A stretch of 64,000 bases of DNA, taken from contig JBNJGY010000002.1 of the NCBI GenBank assembly GCA_051748045.1, forward strand, positions 63,701-127,700, given 5' to 3'. Shown here one piece after another: positions 37,789-47,969 of the stretch; the first letter of the stretch is position 1, and every line of letters starts with the position of its first letter. The translations under genes were made by a program, and so were the position numbers. The DNA is from Thermotogota bacterium. Lineage in GTDB: Bacteria; Thermotogota; Thermotogae; Petrotogales; Petrotogaceae. The notes beneath the pieces are model-generated. The model saw nothing but the letters and a program-made list of their open reading frames with translations. It was not told the origin of the DNA and ran no database searches.

Positions 37789-38862
37789 ATGAAAGCAATT
37801 GTTTTATGTGCAGGGAAAGGAACTAGATTAAGACCTTTAACTTTTACTAATGCAAAACCTTTAATACCAATAGCAAACAAACCAACAATAATGTATTCTT
37901 TAGAAAAAATTAAATCCGCTGGAATTACAGAAATTGGTATTATCGTTAACCCAGATAATAAAAAAGACTTCGAAAATGTTCTTGGTAATGGAAATGACGT
38001 AGGAATGGAAATCACTTATATTGTACAAGAAAATCCAAAAGGACTTGCACATGCTGTAGCAATTTCTGAGGAATTTATAGGTGGCGATGATTTTCTAATG
38101 TATCTAGGAGATAATTTAGTTAATGCTGATTTAGAAGGTTTTATCCATGAGTTTAAAAACCAAAAACATGATTCTTTTGTTTTATTAACCCCTGTTGAAG
38201 ATCCAACTAGATTTGGAATCGCAGTGATGGATGATTCTAAAATTGTAAATGTTGTAGAAAAACCAAAAGATCCTCCATCAAATCTAGCTATTATAGGCGT
38301 TTATATATTTAATTCAAATGTGTTCGAAGCAATTAAAAATATAAAACCTTCTTGGCGTGGAGAATTAGAAATAACTGATGCAATTCAATGGTTAATTTCA
38401 AATAATAAGAATGTTGGTGCGCATGTAATATATGGATGGTGGAAAGATACAGGAAAACCGGAAGATTTAATTGAAGCAAATAGAACGATATTAGAGAAAA
38501 TCAAATCCAAGTCAATTGAAGGAAACGTTTATGAAAATTCAACTGTAAGAGGTAATGTAGTTATAGGTAAAGGGTCAAAAATAATTGATTCTATTATTAG
38601 AGGTCCTGCTATAATAGGAGAAAATACGACTATATCAAATGCTTATATAGGACCTTATACTTCCATAGGTAAAGAAGTTAATATTGAAGATTCCGAAATT
38701 GAAAATTCCATAATTTTAGATAGAGCTTCAATCACTTCTATTCATCCAAGAATAGACTATTCCATTATAGGTACTAATGCTAATATAATGTCAATGAAGA
38801 AAAAACCTAAGTCTATGAGGCTTGTTATAGGAGATTATGGAAAAATTGAAATCCCAAAATGA
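37789..38862 (+). CDS. Glucose-1-phosphate thymidylyltransferase (long form with left-handed beta helix)
   Basis: AG.GTRLRPLT...AKPL.P, Q..P.GLAHA, LGDN, EKP, RGELEITDA, WKDTG. Confidence 0.9.
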   Translation: MKAIVLCAGKGTRLRPLTFTNAKPLIPIANKPTIMYSLEKIKSAGITEIGIIVNPDNKKDFENVLGNGNDVGMEITYIVQENPKGLAHAVAISEEFIGGDDFLMYLGDNLVNADLEGFIHEFKNQKHDSFVLLTPVEDPTRFGIAVMDDSKIVNVVEKPKDPPSNLAIIGVYIFNSNVFEAIKNIKPSWRGELEITDAIQWLISNNKNVGAHVIYGWWKDTGKPEDLIEANRTILEKIKSKSIEGNVYENSTVRGNVVIGKGSKIIDSIIRGPAIIGENTTISNAYIGPYTSIGKEVNIEDSEIENSIILDRASITSIHPRIDYSIIGTNANIMSMKKKPKSMRLVIGDYGKIEIPK

Positions 38863-38872
38863 GGTGATTTTC

Positions 38873-40468
38873 ATGAATGATATCAAAAATCTTTGGGAAA
38901 AAATTTATGGTAAGAATGAATATGAAAAATTGAATGATTTGATAAAATTAATAGAAAATAAAAAAAACAAAATTAAATACGTACCTAAAGATAAAAATTG
39001 GCTTGAAAAGGGGATAATATACTCACTTTATGTAGACCATTTTGCAAAAAATTTTAAAGGTATGAAAGATAAAATTTATTATTTAAAAGATTTAGGTGTT
39101 AAAACAATTTGGCTACTTCCAATTTTAGAATCACCTATGCAGGATCAGGGTTTTGATATTTCTGATTATTATAAAGTAAGATCTGATTTGGGAACAAATG
39201 AAGAATTTTATGATTTGATTAATGAAATTCATAAAAATGGAATGAAGATAATATTTGATGTAGCAGTTAACCACACATCGGTTGAACATGAATATTTTAA
39301 AAATTCAAGAGAATCAAAAAATAATCCTTATAGAAATTGGTATATTTGGAATAAAGACAGGAACAAATACGACTCTACTAGAATACTCTTTAAAGGTATG
39401 ATGGAGAGTAATTGGGAATACGATGAAAAAACTGGAGAGTACTACTTTCATAGGTTTTATGATATTCAACCTGATTTAAATTATAAGAATCCAGAAGTTT
39501 TAATAGAAATGATAAATATTCTCTCTTTTTGGAAAATGAAAGGTGTAGATGGATTTAGAATGGATGCAGCTCCATTTTTATGGAAAGAAGAAGGAACTAG
39601 TTCAGAAAATCTTGAAAAAACACATCTTATTTTAAAAATTTTTAGAAAAGTTTTAGATTATATTGGTGAAGGCACAGTTTTAATCGCTGAAGCAAATCAA
39701 CCTCCAAAAGAAGTGGTTGAATACTTTGGTAAAGGAGATGAATGCCACGCAGCTTATCATTTCCCATTAATGCCTAAGGTTTATTTATCTATATCAGAAA
39801 AAAAACCAGAATATATAATGGAAGCTATATCAGAAAAAAATACTCCAAGGATTCCAGAAGGAACTCAATGGTTGGTATTTCTTAGATGTCATGATGAATT
39901 AACTCTAGAATTTGTAAAAGAAGAAGAAAGAGAGAAAATGCTAAAATATTATTTACATGATAAAAGGTGGATTTTCAGAGAAGGAGAAGGAATTTCTGGA
40001 AGATTGATGAATCTTTTTGAATTTGATATAAGAAAAATATTGTTAGCTTATTCAGCTATGTTTTCATTAAAAGGAACATTCATCAATTATTTTGGTGATG
40101 AATTTGGAATGACTAATAATGATGATTATTATAAAAGGATGAAAGAAATAACAGGTTATACTGATTCAAGATACTTCAATAGAGGTCCTTTTGATTGGAT
40201 ACTTCTAGAAAAAGCTAAAAAAGATGAAAATTCAAGAAATCATAAACTTTATAAAAATATTAAAGCCATGATTAAATCTAAAAATGAAAATGAGAATCTA
40301 TTTAATCAAAATATGCATTTAATAATAGAAGATAATGTTCTTATTTCTAAAAGAAAAACAGATAAGAAAGAAATTACTATATATAATAATTTTGATGATA
40401 AAGAAAAAAATATAGATAATTTACATTTAGACCCATATGAGTACAGATGGATAATCAAGGAGGTATAA
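38873..40468 (+). CDS. GH13 trehalose synthase (TreS)-like maltose alpha-D-glucosyltransferase
   Basis: NHTS, HRF..QPDLN, GFRMDA, EANQ, FLRCHDELTLE motifs typical of TreS subfamily. Confidence 0.8.
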   Translation: MNDIKNLWEKIYGKNEYEKLNDLIKLIENKKNKIKYVPKDKNWLEKGIIYSLYVDHFAKNFKGMKDKIYYLKDLGVKTIWLLPILESPMQDQGFDISDYYKVRSDLGTNEEFYDLINEIHKNGMKIIFDVAVNHTSVEHEYFKNSRESKNNPYRNWYIWNKDRNKYDSTRILFKGMMESNWEYDEKTGEYYFHRFYDIQPDLNYKNPEVLIEMINILSFWKMKGVDGFRMDAAPFLWKEEGTSSENLEKTHLILKIFRKVLDYIGEGTVLIAEANQPPKEVVEYFGKGDECHAAYHFPLMPKVYLSISEKKPEYIMEAISEKNTPRIPEGTQWLVFLRCHDELTLEFVKEEEREKMLKYYLHDKRWIFREGEGISGRLMNLFEFDIRKILLAYSAMFSLKGTFINYFGDEFGMTNNDDYYKRMKEITGYTDSRYFNRGPFDWILLEKAKKDENSRNHKLYKNIKAMIKSKNENENLFNQNMHLIIEDNVLISKRKTDKKEITIYNNFDDKEKNIDNLHLDPYEYRWIIKEV

Positions 40469-40469
40469 A

Positions 40470-40793
40470 ATGCCATATATAAATATGAAAGGTATGAAAG
40501 AAGATAAAGAGATTACAGCAAAAATTATAAATAAGATAAGCGAATTAACTGATAAGCCAAAAAAATATATTATGTTTTCAAATGAAGAATTAAAAGTTCA
40601 ATTCAATGATAAACCAGGTTTTATTTTTGAATATAAACAAATTGGGGAATTAGAATATGATAAAAAAATAGAAATCATCAATGAGGTTACAAAAATATTA
40701 GTAGAGAAAAACTTAAAACCTGAAGATATATATTTTACTTTTGATTTTTATTCGAGAGAAAATTGGGGTTGGAATAATAAGTTATTTGGATAA
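40470..40793 (+). CDS. MIF/phenylpyruvate tautomerase-like protein
   Basis: Pro after initiator Met, KP..YIM, QIG, IY.TF, NWGWN..F C-terminus. Confidence 0.8.
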   Translation: MPYINMKGMKEDKEITAKIINKISELTDKPKKYIMFSNEELKVQFNDKPGFIFEYKQIGELEYDKKIEIINEVTKILVEKNLKPEDIYFTFDFYSRENWGWNNKLFG

Positions 40794-40824
40794 AAAATGA
40801 AGCTTTTTAAAGCTTCATTTTTTT
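40792..40824. terminator. Bidirectional intrinsic terminator
   Basis: AAAAAATGAAGCTTT-TT-AAAGCTTCATTTTTT. Confidence 0.8.
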
Positions 40825-42188
40825 CATTCAACTCTTTTATATTTCCATTTACCTTTTTTATAGAAAACAATTCCAATAAATGTTTCCATCAAGTCTCCAA
40901 ATACATATGATAACCATATCCAAATAATAGGAAGTTCAAAAATGGAAATTGCTATAAAAAGACACGGTATTTGAACGGCCCATCTAGATATAATACTCGA
41001 TACAAATATTGGAAAATTGTATCCAGAACCTGAAAACGCAGTTGTAATTCCAAAATAATACCCAAGAAAAACAAGTCCTATAGAACCATAAATCAAAAAT
41101 TCTGTTCCATATCTTATGACTTCAACATCTTCTGTAAACAATGATAGAATATTGTCTCCAAAAAATATTACAATTATAGTAAAAATTATCATGAAAAAAG
41201 ATGATACTAAAGAAGCTATTTTTGTAGTTTTTACTGACCTTTTAATCATGTTAGCTCCTAATGATTGACCTACTACTGTACTCCCTCCCATAGAAAATCC
41301 TAATAAAGGCATAAAGGCAAATCCAAAAATTCTACCTGCAATGCCATTTGCAGCTATAGCAGAATTTCCAAAGATTGCAACAAAACTTAAAACTAAAGTA
41401 TTAGAAATATTTCTTAAAAAAACTTCAATTCCATTCGGTAGGCCTATAGTAATTAACTCTTTATCAATGTGTAAGTTTAATTTAAATAAACCTTTTAAAG
41501 AGGGTTTAATTCCTCTGATACCTGAAAAGAGTATATAAAAACCTACTAAAAAAGCAATTGATTGTGAAATTATTGTTGCTATTGCAGCTCCAAAAATTCC
41601 AAGATTAAAGCCAGGGATATTTAATAAAGGAACAGTTTCAAACATCATCAAAGGGTCTAAAATAATATTTAAAATACTAACAAAAATCATTATAAGCATA
41701 GGTGTGTAAGAATCACCAATACATCTTAGTGCTGTATTTACAGAGTAAGAAGAAAACATAATTGGTAAAAAGAATAATCTTATGTATCCATATTCTAACC
41801 CAAAATCTACTACCACATTGCTACCAAAAAGTCCCATTAATGGTTCTAGAAATATAGATAAAATAATTGCTGCCAAAGTAGCCATTATAAATTTAAAAGT
41901 AATTGTTTGCTCTATAGCTAATTTTGTTTCTTTAATATCTTTTCTTCCAAAAGCTTGAGATATTAATGAAATAGAACTAACCCCAATAATCTCGTTCAAA
42001 GATTCTATAACCCAAAATAAAGTTGTGAAAATAGTAACACCAGCTATTGCTTCGGAAGAAATTTTGCCTATCCAAAAAATATCAACTAAGTCATAAACCA
42101 TTTGAGCTGAAAATCCTATCATTGTTGGAACTGACATCATAATAAGATTTTTAAAAATATTACCTTTCGTTAAATCCCTTGTCATCAT
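40824..42188 (-). CDS. MATE family efflux transporter
   Basis: DLTKG.I, VD..WIG, NIILDP, GAAIAT, GQ.LGA. Confidence 0.92.
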   Translation of the reverse strand: MMTRDLTKGNIFKNLIMMSVPTMIGFSAQMVYDLVDIFWIGKISSEAIAGVTIFTTLFWVIESLNEIIGVSSISLISQAFGRKDIKETKLAIEQTITFKFIMATLAAIILSIFLEPLMGLFGSNVVVDFGLEYGYIRLFFLPIMFSSYSVNTALRCIGDSYTPMLIMIFVSILNIILDPLMMFETVPLLNIPGFNLGIFGAAIATIISQSIAFLVGFYILFSGIRGIKPSLKGLFKLNLHIDKELITIGLPNGIEVFLRNISNTLVLSFVAIFGNSAIAANGIAGRIFGFAFMPLLGFSMGGSTVVGQSLGANMIKRSVKTTKIASLVSSFFMIIFTIIVIFFGDNILSLFTEDVEVIRYGTEFLIYGSIGLVFLGYYFGITTAFSGSGYNFPIFVSSIISRWAVQIPCLFIAISIFELPIIWIWLSYVFGDLMETFIGIVFYKKGKWKYKRVE

Positions 42189-42206
42189 CCACCTCTAACT
42201 AGATAG

Positions 42207-42638
42207 TTACCAATTTTCAATTTCATGATTAATTGTATCTCTATCATAGTTGAATTTATAAGATCTTGGAGATACTTCATCCCCAAAAAAATCCTTTTCA
42301 ATAGTATCGTAAGTCCCAGCATTAAACTGATACTCAATTGTTTTACCTTTTGGCATTTCTAAAGTAATTGTCCACTCGTTAAAATTATTTTTTTTCATTC
42401 TGTATTCTTCATCTCCTGGGACCCAATCATTAAAATCTCCCATAACATAAATAGCACTTGAAGATATTTCAGGGTAATCACTAACTACAAAGGTAACTGA
42501 ATAAATAATATCACTTTCACCATTCTCTTCATTGTTTGAAGGGAGATCAACAGTGTTATTGTTCCCTTCCAATGCTGAACAAGATACAAATAATAGACTT
42601 GTGATAATCAAAAAAATTAAAAAAAAGGATTTTTTCAC
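42207..42638 (-). CDS. Lipoprotein with CBM20/CBM48-like starch-binding domain
   Basis: Lipobox LFVSC; VTF.V, IYVMGDFNDW.P, W...L, IEY.F; GTG 42638 after GGAGG. Confidence 0.75.
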   Translation of the reverse strand: MKKSFFLIFLIITSLLFVSCSALEGNNNTVDLPSNNEENGESDIIYSVTFVVSDYPEISSSAIYVMGDFNDWVPGDEEYRMKKNNFNEWTITLEMPKGKTIEYQFNAGTYDTIEKDFFGDEVSPRSYKFNYDRDTINHEIENW

Positions 42639-42683
42639 AAAACCCACCTCCTATATAAATTAAAGCAGATAAAAAATATTTAA

Positions 42684-44009
42684 TCAAGTTAAATTTTTCA
42701 TCCATTTTTCTTTTTTATATCTAATAAAAAACAACAAACCTTTTGAAGATTCAGATATTATCATTGCAACTATTATTCCATATAAACCATAAGATAATTT
42801 CAATCCAAGAAAATATGTTAAAGGTAATTGGATACCCCAAAAACCTATAATAGTAATCAATAAATTTGCCCAGGTGTCTCCACCAGTTCTTAAAATAAAT
42901 GGAAGAATTATATTAAATGTTTGAGCATAAATTAATACAATAATAAAATTAAGGCTATTCAATCCAAGTTTTAATGTAGACTCATCTATTTTGAATAATA
43001 AAAAAATCTGATTCTTGAATACTAATACTACAACTATGAATATTGTTGTCAAAGAAATTGACATTATAATAGCATTAACAGATTTTGCTCTTGCTTCATT
43101 AAACTTTTTCTTACCCAATTCATTTCCTAAGATTCCTACTGAAGCAGCTGCAATTGCAGTGATTGGAGTTAAAACTATCTGTTGAAAGACTTTCATGATT
43201 TCAAAAACAGCAACCTCTGATACGCCGATTAAAAAAACTAGACTAGTATGAACTACCATTGCAAATTGCCAAACAGCTCCATCAATGGACATTGGAAGTG
43301 AAATGTTCATTAATTTTTTAAATTTTGAAATATCAAAAGAAAAAATAAAAGGAATTTCTTTTTTCTTAAAATATATTATTAAAAAAGCTGTTATAAAAAT
43401 AAATTCTGATATTCTCGCTATTAAAGTTGCATAAGCTACACCTTTTACTCCCATATCAGCGACAAAAATGAAATACCAGTCACCTAAAGCATTAATACTA
43501 AGAGAAATAAAAGTCGCCAACATTGGGAAAATATTTTTTTTAATAGAAATAAAAAAGGATGACATATTCGATGATAAAAGACTGAATAAAAATGTAGGTA
43601 TTATAATCGAGAAGTATAAATTAGCTATATTAAGCGCTTCATTTTTTATGTTCATCAAACTAAGAAAATTTTTTGAATATAAATTAAAAATAATTATTAA
43701 ACTAAAACCTATTAAAACTGAAAAAGCAATAACAGTAGAAAACATTTTTGAGAAATCTTTTTTTTTCTCAGACCCTAAATACTGTGAAGAAAGAACAGTT
43801 AGACCTGCTGAAAAAGAAAAAAAGATAGTTAGAAATAAACCAAATAATTGATTTGCCCCTCCGACTCCTGCAATGGAGTTTTCTCCTAGCTGTCCAACAA
43901 AGATTTTATCTGCAATACCAAGAAACATTCTGAAAGAATTCTGAATGATTAGTGGAAAAGCTACTATTAATAGCTCTTTCATTCTTGTAAAAGATAAATA
44001 TTTATTCAT
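42684..44009 (-). CDS. MATE family efflux transporter
   Basis: D..FVGQLG, SQY.G, GV.GVA.AT.IAR, LR.GGD, W..N. Confidence 0.9.
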   Translation of the reverse strand: MNKYLSFTRMKELLIVAFPLIIQNSFRMFLGIADKIFVGQLGENSIAGVGGANQLFGLFLTIFFSFSAGLTVLSSQYLGSEKKKDFSKMFSTVIAFSVLIGFSLIIIFNLYSKNFLSLMNIKNEALNIANLYFSIIIPTFLFSLLSSNMSSFFISIKKNIFPMLATFISLSINALGDWYFIFVADMGVKGVAYATLIARISEFIFITAFLIIYFKKKEIPFIFSFDISKFKKLMNISLPMSIDGAVWQFAMVVHTSLVFLIGVSEVAVFEIMKVFQQIVLTPITAIAAASVGILGNELGKKKFNEARAKSVNAIIMSISLTTIFIVVVLVFKNQIFLLFKIDESTLKLGLNSLNFIIVLIYAQTFNIILPFILRTGGDTWANLLITIIGFWGIQLPLTYFLGLKLSYGLYGIIVAMIISESSKGLLFFIRYKKEKWMKNLT

Positions 44010-44017
44010 AAAATCAC

Positions 44018-45340
44018 CTAATTATAAAAAAAATATACTCCTGAACTCAAATAATCCTTCTTACTATATTTTTTATCATCAATTAAATTAATGAATTCTT
44101 TATTTATTATGTTACTAATTTTTTCTTTAACAAATAAAATATTTAGTTCATTATCATCAAAAATTTTAGAAAAATATAAAAAATTATTAGAAGAATTTAA
44201 ATATTTAAATTTTCCGTGTTTCATTATATCTTCTTTTTTTCTCAAATCGATTAGTTTTTTTGTATAATTATATGTATATCTATTTTCTTCATCCCATTCA
44301 TCTTCAAATTTCATAGGGATTCTTCCGCTTTCATTAAAATATTTATAAGATTTATCACCCTTGATACAAATTTCATTTCCATATTCAAGCATGAGATTAC
44401 CATTCATAACAAAAATGGTAGAAAGAGCAATTTTGAAAGCATTAAAATCATCATTATAATCAATAAATCTGGGTAAATCGTGATTTTCTATGAAATAAGT
44501 CATTTTTGCATTATCAAAATTCAACCTATCTGATTCAATTATTGCCTTATATAATAATTTGAGATCTTGTTTTTTTGTTAAGATAGCAACCAACTTTGAA
44601 TAAAAAGAAAAATCAAATAAAGATGTAAAAATGTTTTCATTTTTAAAAAATAAAAAATTTTTTATTAAGTTATGGTTTTCTTCATCATTTCCCTGATCAT
44701 CCCATATTTCTCCTAATAAAATAACATCTTTTTTTATAGTTTTCATTCTTTTGGAAAAATCAAACCAAAAAGAAGTAGGAAGCCCTAGGGCATGATCTAA
44801 TCTATATCCATCTATATTAAACTTTTTTAACCAATATTCTCCAATTTTAATTAAAAACTCCTTTGTTTGAGGGTCTGATACATCCCAAAAAAGAAATAAA
44901 GATTTCCATCTTTTTTCTTGAGGCGATTGAGGTAATTCTGTTTTTGGTTTCAGATTAAATGGAATATTTTCAAACTTATAATTTTTAGACGCATGGTTAA
45001 GTACTAAATCTAATATTACTTTTATTCCATTTTCATGAAATTTATAAATTAATTTATGTAATAAATCTTCAGATTTGTTTTTATCTTTATAGGCAATATT
45101 TTCAGAGATACTAAAATAATCTTTTGTATCATATGCATGTGTTGTTTCTGCATCATAAATAGGGCCTAGATAAACCAAATCAATACCTAATTCTTTCAAA
45201 TAATCAATTTTCTCCAAAATACCTTGCAAGTCTCCTTCTATAGAGTGTTTTTCGTGGTGAAGATAATCTTCTTTTTTATAATCATTACCCTTGAATCCAT
45301 TTTTAAAAAACTTTAAAAGAATATGATAACCGTTAAACAT
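44018..45340 (-). CDS. GH13 alpha-amylase family glycoside hydrolase (cytoplasmic, compact)
   Basis: GDLQGI.EK.DYL..LG, DLVLNH, DGYRLDH, GEIW, FIENHD catalytic regions. Confidence 0.88.
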   Translation of the reverse strand: MFNGYHILLKFFKNGFKGNDYKKEDYLHHEKHSIEGDLQGILEKIDYLKELGIDLVYLGPIYDAETTHAYDTKDYFSISENIAYKDKNKSEDLLHKLIYKFHENGIKVILDLVLNHASKNYKFENIPFNLKPKTELPQSPQEKRWKSLFLFWDVSDPQTKEFLIKIGEYWLKKFNIDGYRLDHALGLPTSFWFDFSKRMKTIKKDVILLGEIWDDQGNDEENHNLIKNFLFFKNENIFTSLFDFSFYSKLVAILTKKQDLKLLYKAIIESDRLNFDNAKMTYFIENHDLPRFIDYNDDFNAFKIALSTIFVMNGNLMLEYGNEICIKGDKSYKYFNESGRIPMKFEDEWDEENRYTYNYTKKLIDLRKKEDIMKHGKFKYLNSSNNFLYFSKIFDDNELNILFVKEKISNIINKEFINLIDDKKYSKKDYLSSGVYFFYN

Positions 45341-45343
45341 ATA

Positions 45344-45829
45344 CTATAGCTCCTTTCTTAACCTATCTAAATACTTGTATCTAATATAATTCTGAACGTT
45401 TTTAAAACTATATTTTAAAGTAAAAAATATAATAAAACCTATGATGTACCATATATTCTTAAAGAATAACTCTAATTCTGAACCATCAACAATCATAACA
45501 GAATAAAGAATGTAAGTACCAAATAGTACAGGGATAATTAATAAATATGATAATAATTTGTTTTTAATAAAATTTGAAACAGTACTTGGTACTAAAAGAA
45601 GAATAAAAAAAATCCAACCAAAAGGATCGTTCAAAAAAACAATTATAACTGAAGAAGATATTATACTCATAATTGTGTATCTTTTTTCTGTCAACATATT
45701 TATCATCATTATTGGAATTGTCGAAAAAAAAGCTATAGCAACACCAATAAATGGTATATATAGCTGTGAACTGAATAAAATAACAGTGAGAACTGTTAAA
45801 AAAGCTGTAATTGATATTTGTCTTGTCAT
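45344..45829 (-). CDS. Small integral membrane protein (DUF2232-like N-terminus)
   Basis: ~5 hydrophobic segments, YIP..G......P pattern. Confidence 0.65.
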   Translation of the reverse strand: MTRQISITAFLTVLTVILFSSQLYIPFIGVAIAFFSTIPIMMINMLTEKRYTIMSIISSSVIIVFLNDPFGWIFFILLLVPSTVSNFIKNKLLSYLLIIPVLFGTYILYSVMIVDGSELELFFKNIWYIIGFIIFFTLKYSFKNVQNYIRYKYLDRLRKEL

Positions 45830-45857
45830 TTGATACCCCTTCTTTTTATGGTAAAAT
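45830..45857 (+). promoter_or_regulatory. Possible sigma70 promoter of MarR operon
   Basis: TTGATA-16 nt-TAAAAT with TGn extension. Confidence 0.45.
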
Positions 45858-45889
45858 AATAACGTGAATACGAAAAGGAGGAAACTAAA

Positions 45890-46330
45890 TTGAAAAAAAC
45901 TTCGACGGATTTAGAAAAAACATTAAGAGATATTTGTTTCAAAATTAAAATAGAAGGAAGAAAAGTTTTGAAGAGATTTGATATTTCTTCAGCTCAATTC
46001 GATCTTCTTCAACTATTATACTTTAAAGGTGAAAAAAAGTTAAGTGATATAAGTAAGATTTTGGGTGTAACAAAAAGTACAACTACAGGTTTAATAAAAA
46101 GATTATTAAATCAAGGTTTAATTGAAAAAAAACAATCTGATGAAGATAAAAGAGTTTTTCATGTAAAGATATCTAAAAAAGGTAGTGGCATAATAGAAGA
46201 AGTTATAGAGAGACGTGTAGGATTAATTGAAAAAATAACACAAAAAATGGGAAAAGATAAAGAGTTTGTAGAAAAACTAATAGAACTAGAAAAAACACTC
46301 AATGAGGTGGTAGAAGGTGATGAACTATAA
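45890..46330 (+). CDS. MarR family transcriptional regulator
   Basis: Q..LL..L, S.TTG.IKRL...GLI, DKRV..V..S.KG. Confidence 0.9.
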   Translation: MKKTSTDLEKTLRDICFKIKIEGRKVLKRFDISSAQFDLLQLLYFKGEKKLSDISKILGVTKSTTTGLIKRLLNQGLIEKKQSDEDKRVFHVKISKKGSGIIEEVIERRVGLIEKITQKMGKDKEFVEKLIELEKTLNEVVEGDEL

Positions 46331-47954
46331 AAAATCAAGTCTATTAATTTTTTTACTTATGATATTTATTGTCAGTTTTTCTGCTACAGTAAATATTAAT
46401 GCTTTGAATGGATCAACAGTTTTTTTGAACGGTAGCATGAATAAAATAGTTTCTGGAAATGAAGTTCAGTTGGATTTAAATGAGGGTTCTTATACCATAA
46501 AAGTATCAAAAAATGGTTATACTGATTATATAGAAACTATTAACATTTCAGAGGATCAAAATTATATATTAAAAGTAGAACAAAATCCTTTGAGTAGAAT
46601 CAAGTTTAACAACAAAACTGATATTAAAGTTACATATGAATATCAAAACAAAACTTTTTCTGAAGAATTGAATTATAATAATGCATATATTGATGTTCCA
46701 TCCTCTATTACTGAAATAGATATATTTTCTGATGGTTATCAAGATGAAACTTTAGAACTAGACTTATTACCTTTTGACGAGAAAAATATAGAATTATCTT
46801 TGTTAAAAGATAATTATTTTATTTTAAAATCAAATCCTTCAAATGCAAATATTTATTCAGATAACAAGCTAATAGGAAAAACACCAATGGAAATTAGTGA
46901 TCAAATTGCTGATTCATTAACCTTGAAAAAAGAAGGTTTTATTCCTTTAGACATTGTTTATAACGGAGAAAAAACATTAGATGTTGATTTAACTAATGGT
47001 GTGAATCTTTCCATAGAAAGTGTTCCTTCAGGTGCTGCAATATATAATGGTGAAGATTTTATTGGTGTAACCCCATTTAATTCAACAGTTGAATCTGGGA
47101 AATATAATTTGAAAGTAACCTATTTAGGGTTTAATACAAAAGATTTAAATATTGATATAAACCATTCAACTTATAATAATTATAAGGTAATTTTAGAAAA
47201 TAAAATGAAGAAAATAGAGTTATTTAATTCAGAAGATGTAGAATTGAACATAGATGGAAATTATTTAGGCTCCGATATAGATATTCTATATTTAAATAAT
47301 TCTGAACATATAATGAAGATAAAAAATTCTGATAAAGTTTATTCAATAATATTATCAAAAGATATTGGCGATCATATAGATTTTAAAAATAATACGTTCA
47401 TCAATGTTATTAGTGGTGAACGAAAAACTTTTAGCATAAATTCAAAAACATATAATACACCAAAAACAATAAAACTTGACATGCTAGCCGATACTCAGTA
47501 TTTCACTTTAAATACTGTTAATAAATCATATAATCTGAAATTAAAATCAGGTAATGGTTATGATATTTTCTTAGACAACTCGTCTGCTATCTTTTTTAGT
47601 TCGAATATCAAAAATGCAAATCTCTATGTAGATGGGAATTTGTTAATGGATAAAATAATAGTTCCTACTAGAAATAAATCAGTGGCTTTAAAAAGTTCTT
47701 TTGAAAATAAAACATCTAATGAGAGTGTATCTTTAAAAGAAAATGAAACTATTATTCAAAATTTCAACATAAATAGAACTTATCCTGTAAGAATAGATAG
47801 CTCACAACCTTTTATTATAAATGATAAAAATTACACATCAACACCTTATTATGTTTATTTAAAATCAGGAGCGAATGTTGTTGAGTATAAAGGACTAAAA
47901 GTTGTATTCTTTATAGATGGACCTGAATATTTAAACTTAGATTCAATATTTTAA
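46317..47954 (+). CDS. Exported PEGA domain protein
   Basis: Signal peptide; S.P..A.IY.....IG.TP repeats; Y.IKVSK.GY. Confidence 0.85.
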   Translation: MMNYKKSSLLIFLLMIFIVSFSATVNINALNGSTVFLNGSMNKIVSGNEVQLDLNEGSYTIKVSKNGYTDYIETINISEDQNYILKVEQNPLSRIKFNNKTDIKVTYEYQNKTFSEELNYNNAYIDVPSSITEIDIFSDGYQDETLELDLLPFDEKNIELSLLKDNYFILKSNPSNANIYSDNKLIGKTPMEISDQIADSLTLKKEGFIPLDIVYNGEKTLDVDLTNGVNLSIESVPSGAAIYNGEDFIGVTPFNSTVESGKYNLKVTYLGFNTKDLNIDINHSTYNNYKVILENKMKKIELFNSEDVELNIDGNYLGSDIDILYLNNSEHIMKIKNSDKVYSIILSKDIGDHIDFKNNTFINVISGERKTFSINSKTYNTPKTIKLDMLADTQYFTLNTVNKSYNLKLKSGNGYDIFLDNSSAIFFSSNIKNANLYVDGNLLMDKIIVPTRNKSVALKSSFENKTSNESVSLKENETIIQNFNINRTYPVRIDSSQPFIINDKNYTSTPYYVYLKSGANVVEYKGLKVVFFIDGPEYLNLDSIF

Positions 47955-47969
47955 CCGGGGGTGTATTTA

